The notes under the pieces: model-generated
The model's database searches: none
Told to the model about the DNA's origin: nothing
The model's input: the letters and a program-made list of their open reading frames with translations, nothing else
Made by a program: the position numbers and the translations under genes
Origin: Octopus sinensis
Lineage: Eukaryota
Length of the DNA: 64,000 nucleotides
Direction of reading: 5' to 3'
NCBI RefSeq assembly: GCF_006345805.1
Contig: NC_043008.1
Span: 25,482,001-25,546,000 of the forward strand
Shown: piece after piece, positions 11,191 to 23,108 of the stretch
How positions within the stretch are numbered: position 1 is the first letter of the stretch
Layout of the letters: every line of letters starts with the position of its first letter

Positions 11191-14100
11191 TGGACAGAAA
11201 GACCGATTCTATGACACCTTCTTGCAGACTATGAATGACAGGGACCTTCTCTTTGTGGATGGTGACTTCAATGGACATGTTGGACATGTCAGTGGCTTCC
11301 ATGGCATACATGGAGGCTATGGTTTGGGCTCTCGCAATGAGGAGAGAACCAGGCTGCTGGAGTTCTGTGACGCAAATGATCTTATGGTTTGCAATACTAA
11401 CTTCAGAAAACCTGCCAGCCACCTAGTCACCTACCAATCTGGCAGACACACTAGTCAGATTGACTACATCCTCACCAGAAAAAGGGAAAGATGGCTGCTT
11501 ATAAATGCCAAATCCTTCCCTGGCGAAGAATGTACCCCACAACATAGACTGGTAGTTAATGACTTCAGGATCAGGCCTAAATGGATGCCCAGAAGACGAC
11601 CCGCAAGGAGAAGATGGGTCTGGAGACTTAAAGATCCTGCTAACGGACAGAGATTTAGAAACATATTACTCAGAGCCTTTGATGAAATAGAAGGGAATAT
11701 AGCTTCACATGGTATAGAAGACAACCAAAAGTTCCTACGGGACAACGTGTTAAGAGCCACCGACCAGCTCTGTGGATGGTGCAAGGCCCCCTCTCAACCC
11801 AAAATAACATGGTGGTGGAACAATGTTGTTGACAATGCTATTAGACAAAAGAAACAAGCTTGGAAGGACTGGAAGAACGGTGGTAGCAAGGAATTGTATC
11901 GGACTGCCAGAAGGGAAGCTAGGAGGCAGGTTTATTTAGCCAGAGGGGAAGTAGATAAGAAAAAATTTGCCAATGTTCTGCGCCGTGAGGACCAAATACT
12001 TGAGGTATTTCGTGTTGCAAGACAGTTTGTGAGAGAGAATCGTGAGGTGGTAGGAGAGAAATGTGTTCGCATGGATGATGGTTCACTTGCGCTAAATGAG
12101 GATGCAAAGAGAGAGGTTTGGAGACGCCACTATGAAAGGTTGCTGAATGAAGAAAATGAATGGGATAAAGAGTCTGCCGAATGTCGACCCAACAGAAGGA
12201 CCAGCTATCCGAGTTGACAGTTCCTTGGAAGTTAAGGCAATTAGAAGCATGAAGACAGGTAAAGCCCCAGGCCCATCAGGAATTACTACGGAGATGCTCA
12301 AAATATCTGGTAGTGTCAGCTATAGCCTAGTCACCCGTATAGTTAACCAGGTGATACACGAAGGAGTCATACCCAATGACTGGTGTAGCAGCATAATAGT
12401 CAACTGCTTAAAAAGTAAAGGTGACGCCCAAGATACAAATAATTACAGAGGTATCAAGCTGTTGGATCAAGTAATGAAGGTTACGGAGAGGGTCATAGCC
12501 CAACTGATTAGGGAGAGAGTCAACTTGGATGAGATGCAGTTTGGTTTTGTGCCAGGGAAAAGTACCACTGATGCCATATTTCTGGTGAGACAGCTTCGGG
12601 AGAGATACCTAGCCAAAGATAAGCCCCTGTACTTGGTTTTTGTTGACATGGAGAAAGCCTTTGACAGGGTCCCCCAATCCCTTATCTGGTGGTCAATGAG
12701 GAAACTAGGATAGATGAATGGCTAGTGAGAGCTGTGCAAGGCATCTACAGGGAAGCTGTAAGTAAGGTAATGGTTGGCAACGAGTACACTGAAGAATTCA
12801 AGGTAGAGGTTGGGGTCCACCAGGGTTCAGTCCTCAGCTCCCTCCTATTTATCATAGTCTGCCAGGCAATAACGGAGGAATTCAAGACAGGATGCCCCTG
12901 GGAGCTCCTCGATGCTGATGACCTTGCTCTAATTGCTGAGTCACTATCAGAACTCGAGGAGAAGTTTCAAGTGTGGAAACAAGGATTAGAATCGAAGGGC
13001 CTTAAAATCAACCTAGCTAAAACCAAAGTCCTAATAAGTAGGAAGGCAGACAAACCACAAATCCCTTCAGGTAGATAGCCCTGCTCAATCTGTAGTAGAG
13101 GCGTAGGTAGAAACTCTATAAGATGTATCCAGTGTAAGCTATGGAAACATAAGAGGTGCAATAATATCAAAGGAAGGCTACTTGGGAAGATAGTTTTTGT
13201 ATGTGGCAGATGCTCGGGAGCGATAAACACTGAAAATGCGCAGAGACCAACTTCCGCCACATTCCAGGGAGAAAAACTAGAAATAGTTGATAGATTCCGT
13301 TATCTAGGTGACCAAGTCAGTAGTGAAGGAGGGTGCACTGAAAGTGTAGCTGCTAGAATAAGAATAGCTTGGGCAAAGTTCAGAGAGCTCTTATCTCTGC
13401 TGGTGACAAAGGGCCTCTCGCTCAGAGTAAAAGGTAGACTATATGACGCATGTGTACAAACAGCCATGCTACATGGCTGTGACTGCTGAGGACATGCGTA
13501 AGCTCGCAAGGAATGAAGCTAGTATGATCCGATGGATGTGTAATCAGAGTGTAAGTACCTTGAGAGAAAAGTTGGACCTAAGAAGCATTAGATGTGGTGT
13601 GCAAGAGAGACGACTGTGCTGGTATGGTCATATGGCAAGAATGGATGAGGATAGCTGTGTGAAAAAGTGCCACACTCTAGCAGTTGAGGGAACCTGTGGA
13701 AGAGGTAGACCCAGGAAGACCTGGGATGAAGTGGTGAATCACGACCTTCGAACATTAGGCCTCACCAAGGAAATGACTAGCGACCGAGACTTTTGGAAAT
13801 ATTCTGTGCTCAAGAAGTCAGGCAAGCCAAATGAGACAATATCCTGTGGCCTATGCCAGGAGCGTAACAATCCCGCTTATGTGTACCTTTTCCTTCTTTG
13901 GTCGCTAAACTCTGCTTGAGGCAAGTGAAATCAAAATCACAATAAAATCAAAATGAATTTGAAGACTGGCATCTGTGCTAGCAGGGTGCCAAGTGCACCA
14001 TCCAAACGTGATCATTGCCAGAGCAGCCAATTGGCTTCCATACCCGTGGCACGTATAAGGACATCATTCAAGCGTGATCATTACGAATGCCGCTTCAGTA

Positions 14101-14361
14101 GCACCTGTGCCAGTGGCACGTGTAAAAAGATTCGAGCGACGTCATTACCAGTACTGCCCGACTGGCCCCCGTGCCGGTGGCACGTAAAAAGCACCCACTA
14201 CGGTCTCTTAGCGGTTGGCCTTAAGATGGGCATCCAGCTGTAGAAACTCTGCCAGATGAAGATTGGAGCATGGTGCAGCCATCTGGCTCGCCAGCCCTCA
14301 GTCAAAATCGTCCAACCCATGCTAGCATGGAATGCAGACGTTAAACGATGATGATGATGAT
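11191..14361 (+). mobile_element. RTE-clade LINE, 5'-truncated: partial APE endonuclease, RT, PHD-type finger, 3' UTR and (GAT)n tail
   Basis: GDFNGHVG, SQIDYIL, QHRLVV (APE); KAPGPSG, NYRGIKLL, QFGFVPGKSTTDAIF, DMEKAFDRV, GVHQGSVLS, DADDL (RT); RPRKTWDEVV. Frameshifts near 12170 and 12708; TAG at 13076. Confidence 0.96.
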
Positions 14362-14768
14362 ATCTCTATATTATAAATCTGAAATGCGAAAAGTTTGTTT
14401 GTCTGGTTTTGGCATTGAGAACGGGTTAAAGGCCACTAGATCCCGTCGGATTGACTCCAAAATTTACAGGGACATGTAAAATGAGGTGAGGATGCCAGTG
14501 GGCTAGGTTAGAAACGCACTTTGATAAGTCTACTCTCATTCTTTTATGTATCTGTCTTCCTCCGTCACTCACTCTCTTTCCTCCCTTCCCATCACTTTCT
14601 ATATATAACGTTGTTTAACAGCGTCTAACTCCCCTTCACTTTCTCTTTATAACGTCGTCAAACAGCGTTCTATATCTCCCCTTCGCCGCCTTTGACAGCG
14701 CTTTCACACTCTCTCTCTCTCTACATCTGTCTGCATTCATAGACAGAATTATCATCGCCACCATATAC

Positions 14769-14937
14769 ATATATACGACAGGCTTCTTTCAGTTTCCGTC
14801 TACCAAATCCACTCACAAGGCATTAGTCGGCCCAGGGCTATAGCAGAAGACACTTGCCCAAGATGCCACACAGTGGGACTGAACCCAGAACCATGTGGTT
14901 GGTTAGCAAGCTGCTTTCCACACAGCCACTCCTGCGC
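14769..14937 (-). mobile_element. tRNA-derived SINE head
   Basis: Reverse complement: gcgcaggagtggctgtgtggaaagcagcttgctaaccaaccacatggttctgggttcagtcccactg..; A/B-box-like motifs. Confidence 0.85.
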
Positions 14938-15817
14938 TTATATATATATATATATATGATTTGTATACATTTGTATATATAATGCATACACACACACACA
15001 CACACATATATATATAATGCGTATATATGTATATATATATAATGTGTGCATTATGTGATCGGTTGTGCTGAAAATATGCACACCTATGTTAAAAGTGCTG
15101 GCGAGTTTGCATGGCAACTATTTTTTTCTCAAATGAAAGGCATGGCCTCTAGGACAAAATTCCTCATCTTATAAAATGTGACCCGAGTAGACCCGAATGA
15201 AATCGGGTTATATTAACCAAAATCAGAAAAGATGTCTAAATGGGGCTTGAAGGGGATTAAAATTTACAGGAGCAGGTGTTTAGGAATTCTCTGTTACATG
15301 AAGCTAAAAAATTTGCGCCAGCCTTTAAATCGTCAATGCGTTGCTGTCCATGATGAAGAAGTTTTGAATGCTTGCCATGGTGAGTCTACTTCAAAGCTTG
15401 GTGTTTAGGAATTTTCTTTTACATCAAGTTCAAAATTTCATGCCAGCCGTTAAACTGCCACTATGTTACTGTCCGTCGTTAAGAAATGCTAGCCATGGTG
15501 ACTCTACTATCCTCAGATTCTATCTTTTCAAACTTTATTTTTATTCAGCTCGCAAGTTCGTCTGTCCCTTTTAAATGTTAGTGTTTTGCTGTCTGCCTTG
15601 AAGCAGACCTTTCCGTTGTCACTGCCTGATATTTATGATTGATCTTTCAAACTACATTCTTTCTCAACTTACTCAAGATCTTTTCTTGTTTATAAATGGG
15701 AGAGAGATAGATAGAGAAAGATAGAGAGTAAGAGAAAGTGAGGGAGAGTCCGAGAGAAAGGAAGAGTAAGAGAGTGGGAAAGGAGAAGAGAAAGGAGAGA
15801 GAAACAAAGAGGGAGAA

Positions 15818-16140
15818 TCATCATCATCATCATCATCGTTCAACGTCCGTTTTCCGTGCTAGCACGGGTTGGACGGTTTGACCGGGGTCTGGGAAGCCAG
15901 GAGGCTGCACCAGGCTCCAGTCTGATCTGGCAGTGTTTCTACAGCTGGATGCCCTTCCTAACGCCAGCCACTCCGTGATTGTAGTGGGTGCTTTTTCCGT
16001 GCTACCGGCACAGGTGCCACAGGGAGAGGGGTACTGGCAGCGGCCACGATCTGTTGGTGCTTTTTACATGTCACCGGCACAGAAGCCAGTCAAGGCAGCG
16101 CTGCCATCGGCCACGTTCGGATGGTGCTTTTTACATGCCG
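15818..16140 (-). mobile_element. RTE LINE 3' tail fragment
   Basis: (CAT)n tail plus repeated 'ggtgctttttac' modules. Confidence 0.85.
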
Positions 16141-16235
16141 AAAGGATGCAACAGAAAATAACAACCACACACCTACCCACGCGTAGAGTGGGTCACCTTA
16201 AGCTAGTATATATATATATATATAATATATATATA

Positions 16236-16293
<58 letters not shown>

Positions 16294-16297
16294 AGTA

Positions 16298-16366
<69 letters not shown>

Positions 16367-16400
16367 CAAAATAAAATAAAAACATGATGCGAAGGATTCA

Positions 16401-16478
16401 GCGGTACATATGTTTCGGGCCTTTATTAGACAGATTTATAACAATTCATAATGTATGTCTGTGGCCTTCTTCAGCCGC
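16401..16478 (-). ncRNA. Minimal type I hammerhead ribozyme (H4, left arm)
   Basis: Mirror image of 16571-16648. Confidence 0.8.
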
Positions 16479-16570
16479 GCACAACAGCTTCCACAAGGAC
16501 ATGTGTTACATCAAAAATCCCCAACCAAGAATTTTTGATGTAACACATGTCCTTGTGGAAGCTGTTGTGC

Positions 16571-16648
16571 GCGGCTGAAGAAGGCCACAGACATACATTA
16601 TGAATTGTTATAAATCTGTCTAATAAAGGCCCGAAACATATGTACCGC
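16571..16648 (+). ncRNA. Minimal type I hammerhead ribozyme (H4, right arm)
   Basis: GCGG-CTGAAGA-aGGCCacaga..tctgt..aaGGCCc-GAAAC-ATAT-GTA-CCGC. 4-bp stem I, palindromic ATAT loop, GUA triplet; A-C mismatch at the base of stem II. Confidence 0.8.
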
Positions 16649-16760
16649 TGAATCCTTCGCATCATGTTTTTATTTTATTTTGATCAATTTACTCCACCAC
16701 CTACACCACCAAACGGTATACACAGGTGCTTATAATTATCAAGTACTCACCCCGAATTTC

Positions 16761-16812
<52 letters not shown>

Positions 16813-17019
16813 TATATATATATATAATATAATATTATATATATATATATATATATGTATGTATATATATATATATATGTATATATATATGTATTATATA
16901 TATATGTATATATATATACATATACATATAATAAATATTAGGGAATAATCCAAATTTACAGGGAAAAATCAGATTTAGGATTAAATCCAATTTTATAGTA
17001 AAATATTATATAATATAAT

Positions 17020-17155
17020 TCGTTTTTGTTTTTGTTTTTGTTTTTTGTTTTTTGTTTTTTGTTTTTTGTTTTTTGTTTTTTGTTTTTTGTTTTTGTTTTT
17101 GTTGTTTTGTTTTTTTTGTTTTTTGTTTTTTGTATTTTGTTTTTTGTTTTTTGTA
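17020..17155. repeat. (TTTTTG)n simple repeat
   Basis: Direct reading. Confidence 0.95.
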
Positions 17156-17338
17156 CATCTTTAAATATGAGAACTTTAATAATAGGTTTCTTTATATTCA
17201 ATTGTTTATAGGGTTTATTTTAGATTATATATTGATTATATATAGATTATATATAGGTTATATATATTTATATTTTTCATTGATAATTTTATTATTTTAG
17301 ACTTATATTTTAATATATTGATATTTTAGATCGAAAAT

Positions 17339-17381
17339 CCACCTGAAGAATGTCATTGAAGACATGAAACGATTGTAGTGG
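17339..17381 (+). ncRNA. Minimal type I hammerhead ribozyme (H5)
   Basis: CCAC-CTGAAGA-ATGTC-attgaa-GACAT-GAAAC-gatt-GTA-GTGG. Perfect 4-bp stem I and 5-bp stem II; the loop GATT is one change from palindromic GATC. Confidence 0.85.
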
Positions 17382-17558
17382 CGGTTTATTTCTTTATATT
17401 AAAAATTTTTATGTATTGATTAGGTCTTTCCTTGTTTGTTTTGCAAAATAGTGGTTTTGTCTCCAATTATATTATACATATACATATATATATATATATA
17501 CATATATATGTATATACATATATATATATATATGTATGTATATATATGTATTTATATG

Positions 17559-17589
<31 letters not shown>

Positions 17590-17644
17590 GTATATATATA
17601 TATGTGTATATATGTATATATATATATTATGTATAAATACATAT

Positions 17645-17719
<75 letters not shown>

Positions 17720-17767
17720 ACAGTATTAATAAAATAGATGGAAGGGAGGAGAAAAGATTTTATTGGG

Positions 17768-17805
17768 TACGACACATGTTTCAACCCATTTCGGGTACAT
17801 CAATA
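17768..17805 (-). ncRNA. Decayed minimal hammerhead (H6)
   Basis: Minus strand: tat-TTGATGT-ACCC-gaaat-GGGT-t-GAAAC-ATGT-GTC-gta. The 3' half is intact; the 5' core has two substitutions. Confidence 0.45.
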
Positions 17806-18068
17806 ATAAGTTTTATGAGTGATTTTCTGATTCAGTTTTACGTTCCCGCTATATGTCAATCATCATTGAGAATAAGTAAAATCAGAGAAAAATTGAAATG
17901 CAAAAAATTCAAATATGAACGTGAAAATTATGCATTCTAGTTTAGAGAAAATGATGTAATGAGCCTTCACTGTTAAGAGAAAGCAAAGGATGTAGAAGTT
18001 TAAAGGAAGGTTGTACTTAGAAGAAAATTTTTTTGTTCCTGTGATTACACACACATATTCATACACAG

Positions 18069-18107
<39 letters not shown>

Positions 18108-18499
18108 TATACATATGCACTCATACATGCACATCCAAGTATATGGGTATATACATATAACTAGATACATGTGCATATGCACATATATGGATGCATACAT
18201 ACGTATATATGCTTAGGAACTCATATACGCAGGCAGACACACATATATATACATAAGTATACGTACATGGCATAGATAAATATGTGCATATATTTGTAAT
18301 TAAAACAAGATACAGACATCTGTGCAATGTTTGACACACACACATGTTATTACACTCATGTATACATATAAGTAAATATATACATGCATATGTATACACA
18401 TACACATACCAACAAATATACATACAAGTATGCATATACACATATAAGCCTGCACCCACATACACGTATACACAAATTCACACTAATATATACATACAC

Positions 18500-18845
18500 C
18501 TAGAAAAAAATGTAGATTTTTACAGTTCCTGTGATGGATTGGATTTGTAATCTTTGATATAGCTTTCTCCTTTCTGGCTTTGAGACACCTAATTTCTCAC
18601 GATTGGTATTTAGGCAATGTGTTATATATCCCAATGCCCCCAATAATTGCAGGTATAAACCTGAACTTGTAATCTGGATAGAGTAACTGCAGATTTCTCA
18701 GTAGTTCAGCATAGGTGTTCTCTTTTTCACTCATCTTTAGTTTTATGTTAACATCTGCTGGGCAGCTAATTTCCACATTTTATTGAGGTTTTCACTGAGA
18801 CATTCCAGCAGTACTCCTTTTTATTAGGAGTGGCCAGGGTTTCTA
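18500..18845 (-). mobile_element. R4/Dong-like RLE LINE fragment
   Basis: KKEYCWNVSVKTSIK..VEISCPADVNIKLKMSEKENTYAELLRNLQLLYPDYKFRFIPAII..; homologous to 38930-39330. The 5' junction abuts a (CATA)-like tract. Confidence 0.88.
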
Positions 18846-20917
18846 TGTATGTACGTATGTATTTATGTATGTACGTATGTGTGTTGTATGTGTGTGTATA
18901 TATATAGGCAGATGATTGTCTGTATTATTAGCATTTCAGATAGCATGTATTACTATACCTGTTCTGGCTGTTTGTATCCTGGGCTCAAATTCTGCAGGAG
19001 TGACTTTCATCTTTCATCATTCCAGGGACAATAAGGTATCACCTGAGTGCTAATGCAACCCCCTTTATGTGTGTGCGTGTATGCATGTGTTTTTGTTGAT
19101 ATAAATACACACACACACACACTGCCCCTCTGTTGGTTGTGGCAATCCATGGAACAGCCTGCTCATGAAATTAACGTTTGAGCGATTGAGCATTATCCAG
19201 ATATGCATTCCCTCAACGTAGTTCTCAAGGAAAGTCAGTATGACACAGAATGTAACAAAGATGAACCTTTGAATTACGAGTACAAATCATTTTTTAGTTG
19301 ATGGATTAGATCATTATTAAATAAAGTGTCTTGATCAAGAACACAATATGCCACCAGGAATCGAATTCATAACCTTACAATTATGAGCCAAATACCCTAA
19401 CCACTAAGCCGGGCACCTTCACCAAACACACACACACACACAATCACACAAACACACATTTGTATATTTAGATATATTCATATGTTTTTACTGAAGATAA
19501 TTTTTACTACTTATAATTTTTTCTCTGATGATTATAATTTTTTCTCTGATATAGGTGAACAGCAAGAATTAGAATAAAAATGAATAACAAAGAAATAGAT
19601 ATGCGTAACATCTTATTTAACAGACATACTACAATATAAACTCGAAATGTAATGTACTAAAAATGGAAGAAAGCAAAATGAAAAAAAATTGCTTTGTTAT
19701 TATCATTGTAGTAGTATTTCATTGTACTACTTTTATTTGAGTAATTTTAAATAACATCATATTTCTGAGTTTATTCCTTGCTATAACCAACTGCCATCTT
19801 GTGAATCTCAACCATTTCAATAAAAACTGTCTTTCAGAATTTGCTAAAGTAATATCCTCTATTGGTTTTCCTCCCTGCCACCATAAACAAAACAAAATTA
19901 ATCTAACTTAAAAAAAGACATATTTTATATGGAAATCCTACATTTTTACTGACAGACACAAGCATAAATGAGTACATTACACACATTCAGAAAATAAAGG
20001 AGAAAAACAATTCAGAAATAGTGAGAAAATATTAATATTCAAAATTTTCTTCAACTATCAAAATAAATGGCAATGTATTATAAGGTATAAAAATAAATCG
20101 CTGTTATCATCATAATCATCACCATCATTTCTAGAACTTCTGATGAAAGGTCAAGTAAATCCACCAAGCTAAATTGCATGAATGTCAAAACTTCATTTCC
20201 ATTCTAACTAAAGAGTTATGAATGTGTGTGTTCCACTTCATCATTGCAAACTCCACTGCAGCCATTACCACCTCAATATGTTAGCCACAATCTGGAATAG
20301 TGAAACTACATGGATATTAATGGATGTGTAAAGCTGACTGTTCACCACAGGATTAATATTAAAAAAAATAGATATAGCATAAAATTACAACAATTCATGA
20401 AAATAAAGGTAATATAGGAATAGAAAACTGTTGTGGGGGTGAAAAGAAATGAGTGACAAACTAACAAAATTGATGTGAATATTCTTTCATGAAATTAGGA
20501 AATAAAATATCTTCAGCCAGGCTATAAAATTATTAATAACTGAATAGCATGCAATAATTTTACGTCCTCATTTCCTTTTCATTATAATGATATAATAATA
20601 TCTTTGCTGATGTTTCATTTCTTTGTATAAGGTATTTTAGTCATTCAGCTTCAGTCATTTTTGAAACTCTAACCTTACAACAATTTCCAACAAACTATGT
20701 GATGTCTTATTGCCATTATTTGGCACCCTGTAAAGGTGCTGCATCTGCAACCATAAGAGAAATGAGGTTTGAATCAGTCCCTAGCAAAAACTAAAATGTA
20801 AATGCTTGAAACTGTTGGAAACTTGTTTCCTTCATCTCACCTTCAAATGTTCTCTGCCTCATCCTTTTACTGGCAGTCACAAGCATATACACATTTAGAT
20901 AATGAAGAGAAAAAGCC

Positions 20918-21056
20918 ACTTCTTCTTCTTCTCTTCTTCTTCTTCTTCTTCTTCTTCTTCTTCTTCTTCTTCTTCTTCTTCTTCTTCTTCTTCTTCTTCT
21001 TCTTCTTCTTCTTCTTCTTCTTTTTCTTCTTCTTCTTCTTCTTCTTCTTCTTCTTC
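20918..21056. repeat. (TTC)n trinucleotide microsatellite
   Basis: Direct reading; source of the poly-K/R/S/F ORFs. Confidence 0.98.
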
Positions 21057-22439
21057 TCCGTTGTTGTTGTTGTTGCATCTTCCTCATCATCACCAGCAGT
21101 GGCAGTAGCAGTAAGCAGTAGAAGTATCAGCACAGCAGTGTTCCCATGGGTAAATTTGCATTCAGTACTCTGAAGTAGAGAAAAACATGGGAATTATACA
21201 GAGGATTATTGAACAATAGTGTGTCATCCATTAATTTGTAGATGATTCAGACACCATGTCTGAGCAATATTTTTCTTTATTTTCTATGGTTTCTTATCAC
21301 TCTTATAGTATCACACAAGCAAAACAATAACAAAACTGCTTAAAGTCTTCCTTGTTTAAGTAAATCTAAATTGTTTCTCTTTCTAATTAATACTGTATAG
21401 TAGATACTAATGCATCTTAAGCCAGTGAGTGGGTTTCTGTGAGGTTGTTTAACTTGCTAGAAAAAGTAGCCAAATGTCTTTCAAATCACACTATAATTTC
21501 TTAAATAAGTAAAAACCACTTCACCAAACAATGTTCATAGATTATTAGCCTGTTTGATCGGGATTGACATAGGGCTAGACAGCAACATTAGTGACTTTGG
21601 TTTATCCTCACTTTATTAAATATTCTGACAAGTATTGCTATTTCTGATGTCATCAACCAATAAATGGTGCCACATTCTGAATTGAACCACCTCAGTTTTT
21701 GAAATTTATGACATCTTTAGAAATTTTAATATGGAATATTGAAGTCTGATCTTCACTTTAGACAATATAAACACCAGCTGCTCCTCTCTCTCAAATATGG
21801 TAATTATTTTTATGATTATAATTTATATTAGTATTCTGGTGGTCAATTCAGGATCATGAGAGTTGATAGATGTTCCAAATCTCTAAACAAATTAATTCAT
21901 AGTGTTTAGTTTAATCTTAGCTTTTCATGTCAAATACTCCTTTATTCTTTTAGGGCTGATAAAATAGTTAATGAATCTTAATCAATTTCAATGATGAGTA
22001 TGTAGTAGCTCAATCAACTGAATTACCTGATCACTATATTAGTATACATGTTGTTGGAAATTCCACAGACATGTGTATCCTTAATATAATTCTCTGGTGG
22101 GATCAGCTTGACATAATGTGGAAAACCTGGTACTTTGTAGGTACAGTCTATCTGATGGCTACCATTTGTTTCTCTCTATCTAATTTCACTCACAAAACTT
22201 GAATATACTCAAGGCAAATAAAACCCAGACTTCATATTTGTGAAGAAAACTTTTTGAGCATTTAGCCATGGTGCAGTCATGAAATATGTAATGTATCCAA
22301 CTAGTTATACTTTCTGCTATGAAAATTGACTTTGAACCTCACTGAGAAGAAATCATTTTGACTACGGGTTTTAATAAACATATTAAAACGTTGCCTTATA
22401 GAACCTGTTCATCATTAAAAGTAACCATGCATTCGATAC

Positions 22440-22745
22440 CATATTGATTGATGCTTGGCGACATTGTTGTAGTTGACAAAATGATGAAGGAAACCAAGAT
22501 CATAGATATTGCCATACCTGGGGATATATGAGTGGAAGACAAAGAACTGGAAAAGATTGAAAATTGCAAGAGACTAAAAGACGAGATTGTATGAATGTCG
22601 GCAATTAAGAAAGTAACTATTATCCTAGTAGTTGTAGGGGCACTGTAGGGGTACTATTATCATTAGCAACCAAATTTGAGAAATTTGCTGGAGAAATTAG
22701 GATTGACATGAGTGTGGAACACGATCAGAAAACTGCTTTATCAGG
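22440..22745 (+). mobile_element. RLE-domain fragment of a second R4/Dong-like LINE family
   Basis: DIVVVDKMMKETKIIDIAIPGD..KELEKIE..LKDEI..VVVGAL..QKTAL; restriction-like endonuclease pattern. Confidence 0.8.
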
Positions 22746-23108
22746 GATGGCCATATGGGAAGATGAATGGAGGCAGAATGTTGCCATCACTGGTGATCAC
22801 TCCAAACATCGTGATGCTGACTGGATGTTTCATTTTTATCACTCTCAGTACATGTCCACAGACTGGCACCCAGACATTCGGAAATGTTCATATTGGAGCT
22901 TCCAGTGTGAAGGCCAAGCAGTACAGTATATCGTTTTTTAAATTTCTGGCACAGTGAATTGCATCATGTTGCTGTTTTTCTCGCAGATGGTGCCCAACTG
23001 ACCCTTATACTGTGTAGTTGACAAATAAAAAATGAACAATGGTCAAGCAGGAAATTAAAAATATAGAATGGTAACAATTTATCCATTGCACCCTGTATAT
23101 ATTTGTAT

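Larger units (their letters stand above)
14362..16205 (+). mobile_element. Probable composite non-autonomous Helitron with nested SINE and RTE tail
   Basis: Starts 'tctctatattataaatctg' (5' TC end). Ends with hairpin acccac-gcgtaga-gtgggt followed by 'aagCTAGT' (3' end). That both ends belong to one element is inferred. Confidence 0.5.
16363..16686. repeat. Perfect 156-bp inverted duplication with a 12-nt spacer
   Basis: 16363-16518 is the exact reverse complement of 16531-16686; spacer ccccaaccaaga. The ORF track gives matching MMRRIQRY.. peptides on both strands. Confidence 0.97.

Noticed and set aside
19540-21180. Short exon candidates (EQQELE*, MQHLYRVPNNGNKTSHSLLEIV, IVANILRW*)
   Set aside because: Too short, no recognisable homology, and expected by chance in AT-rich DNA.
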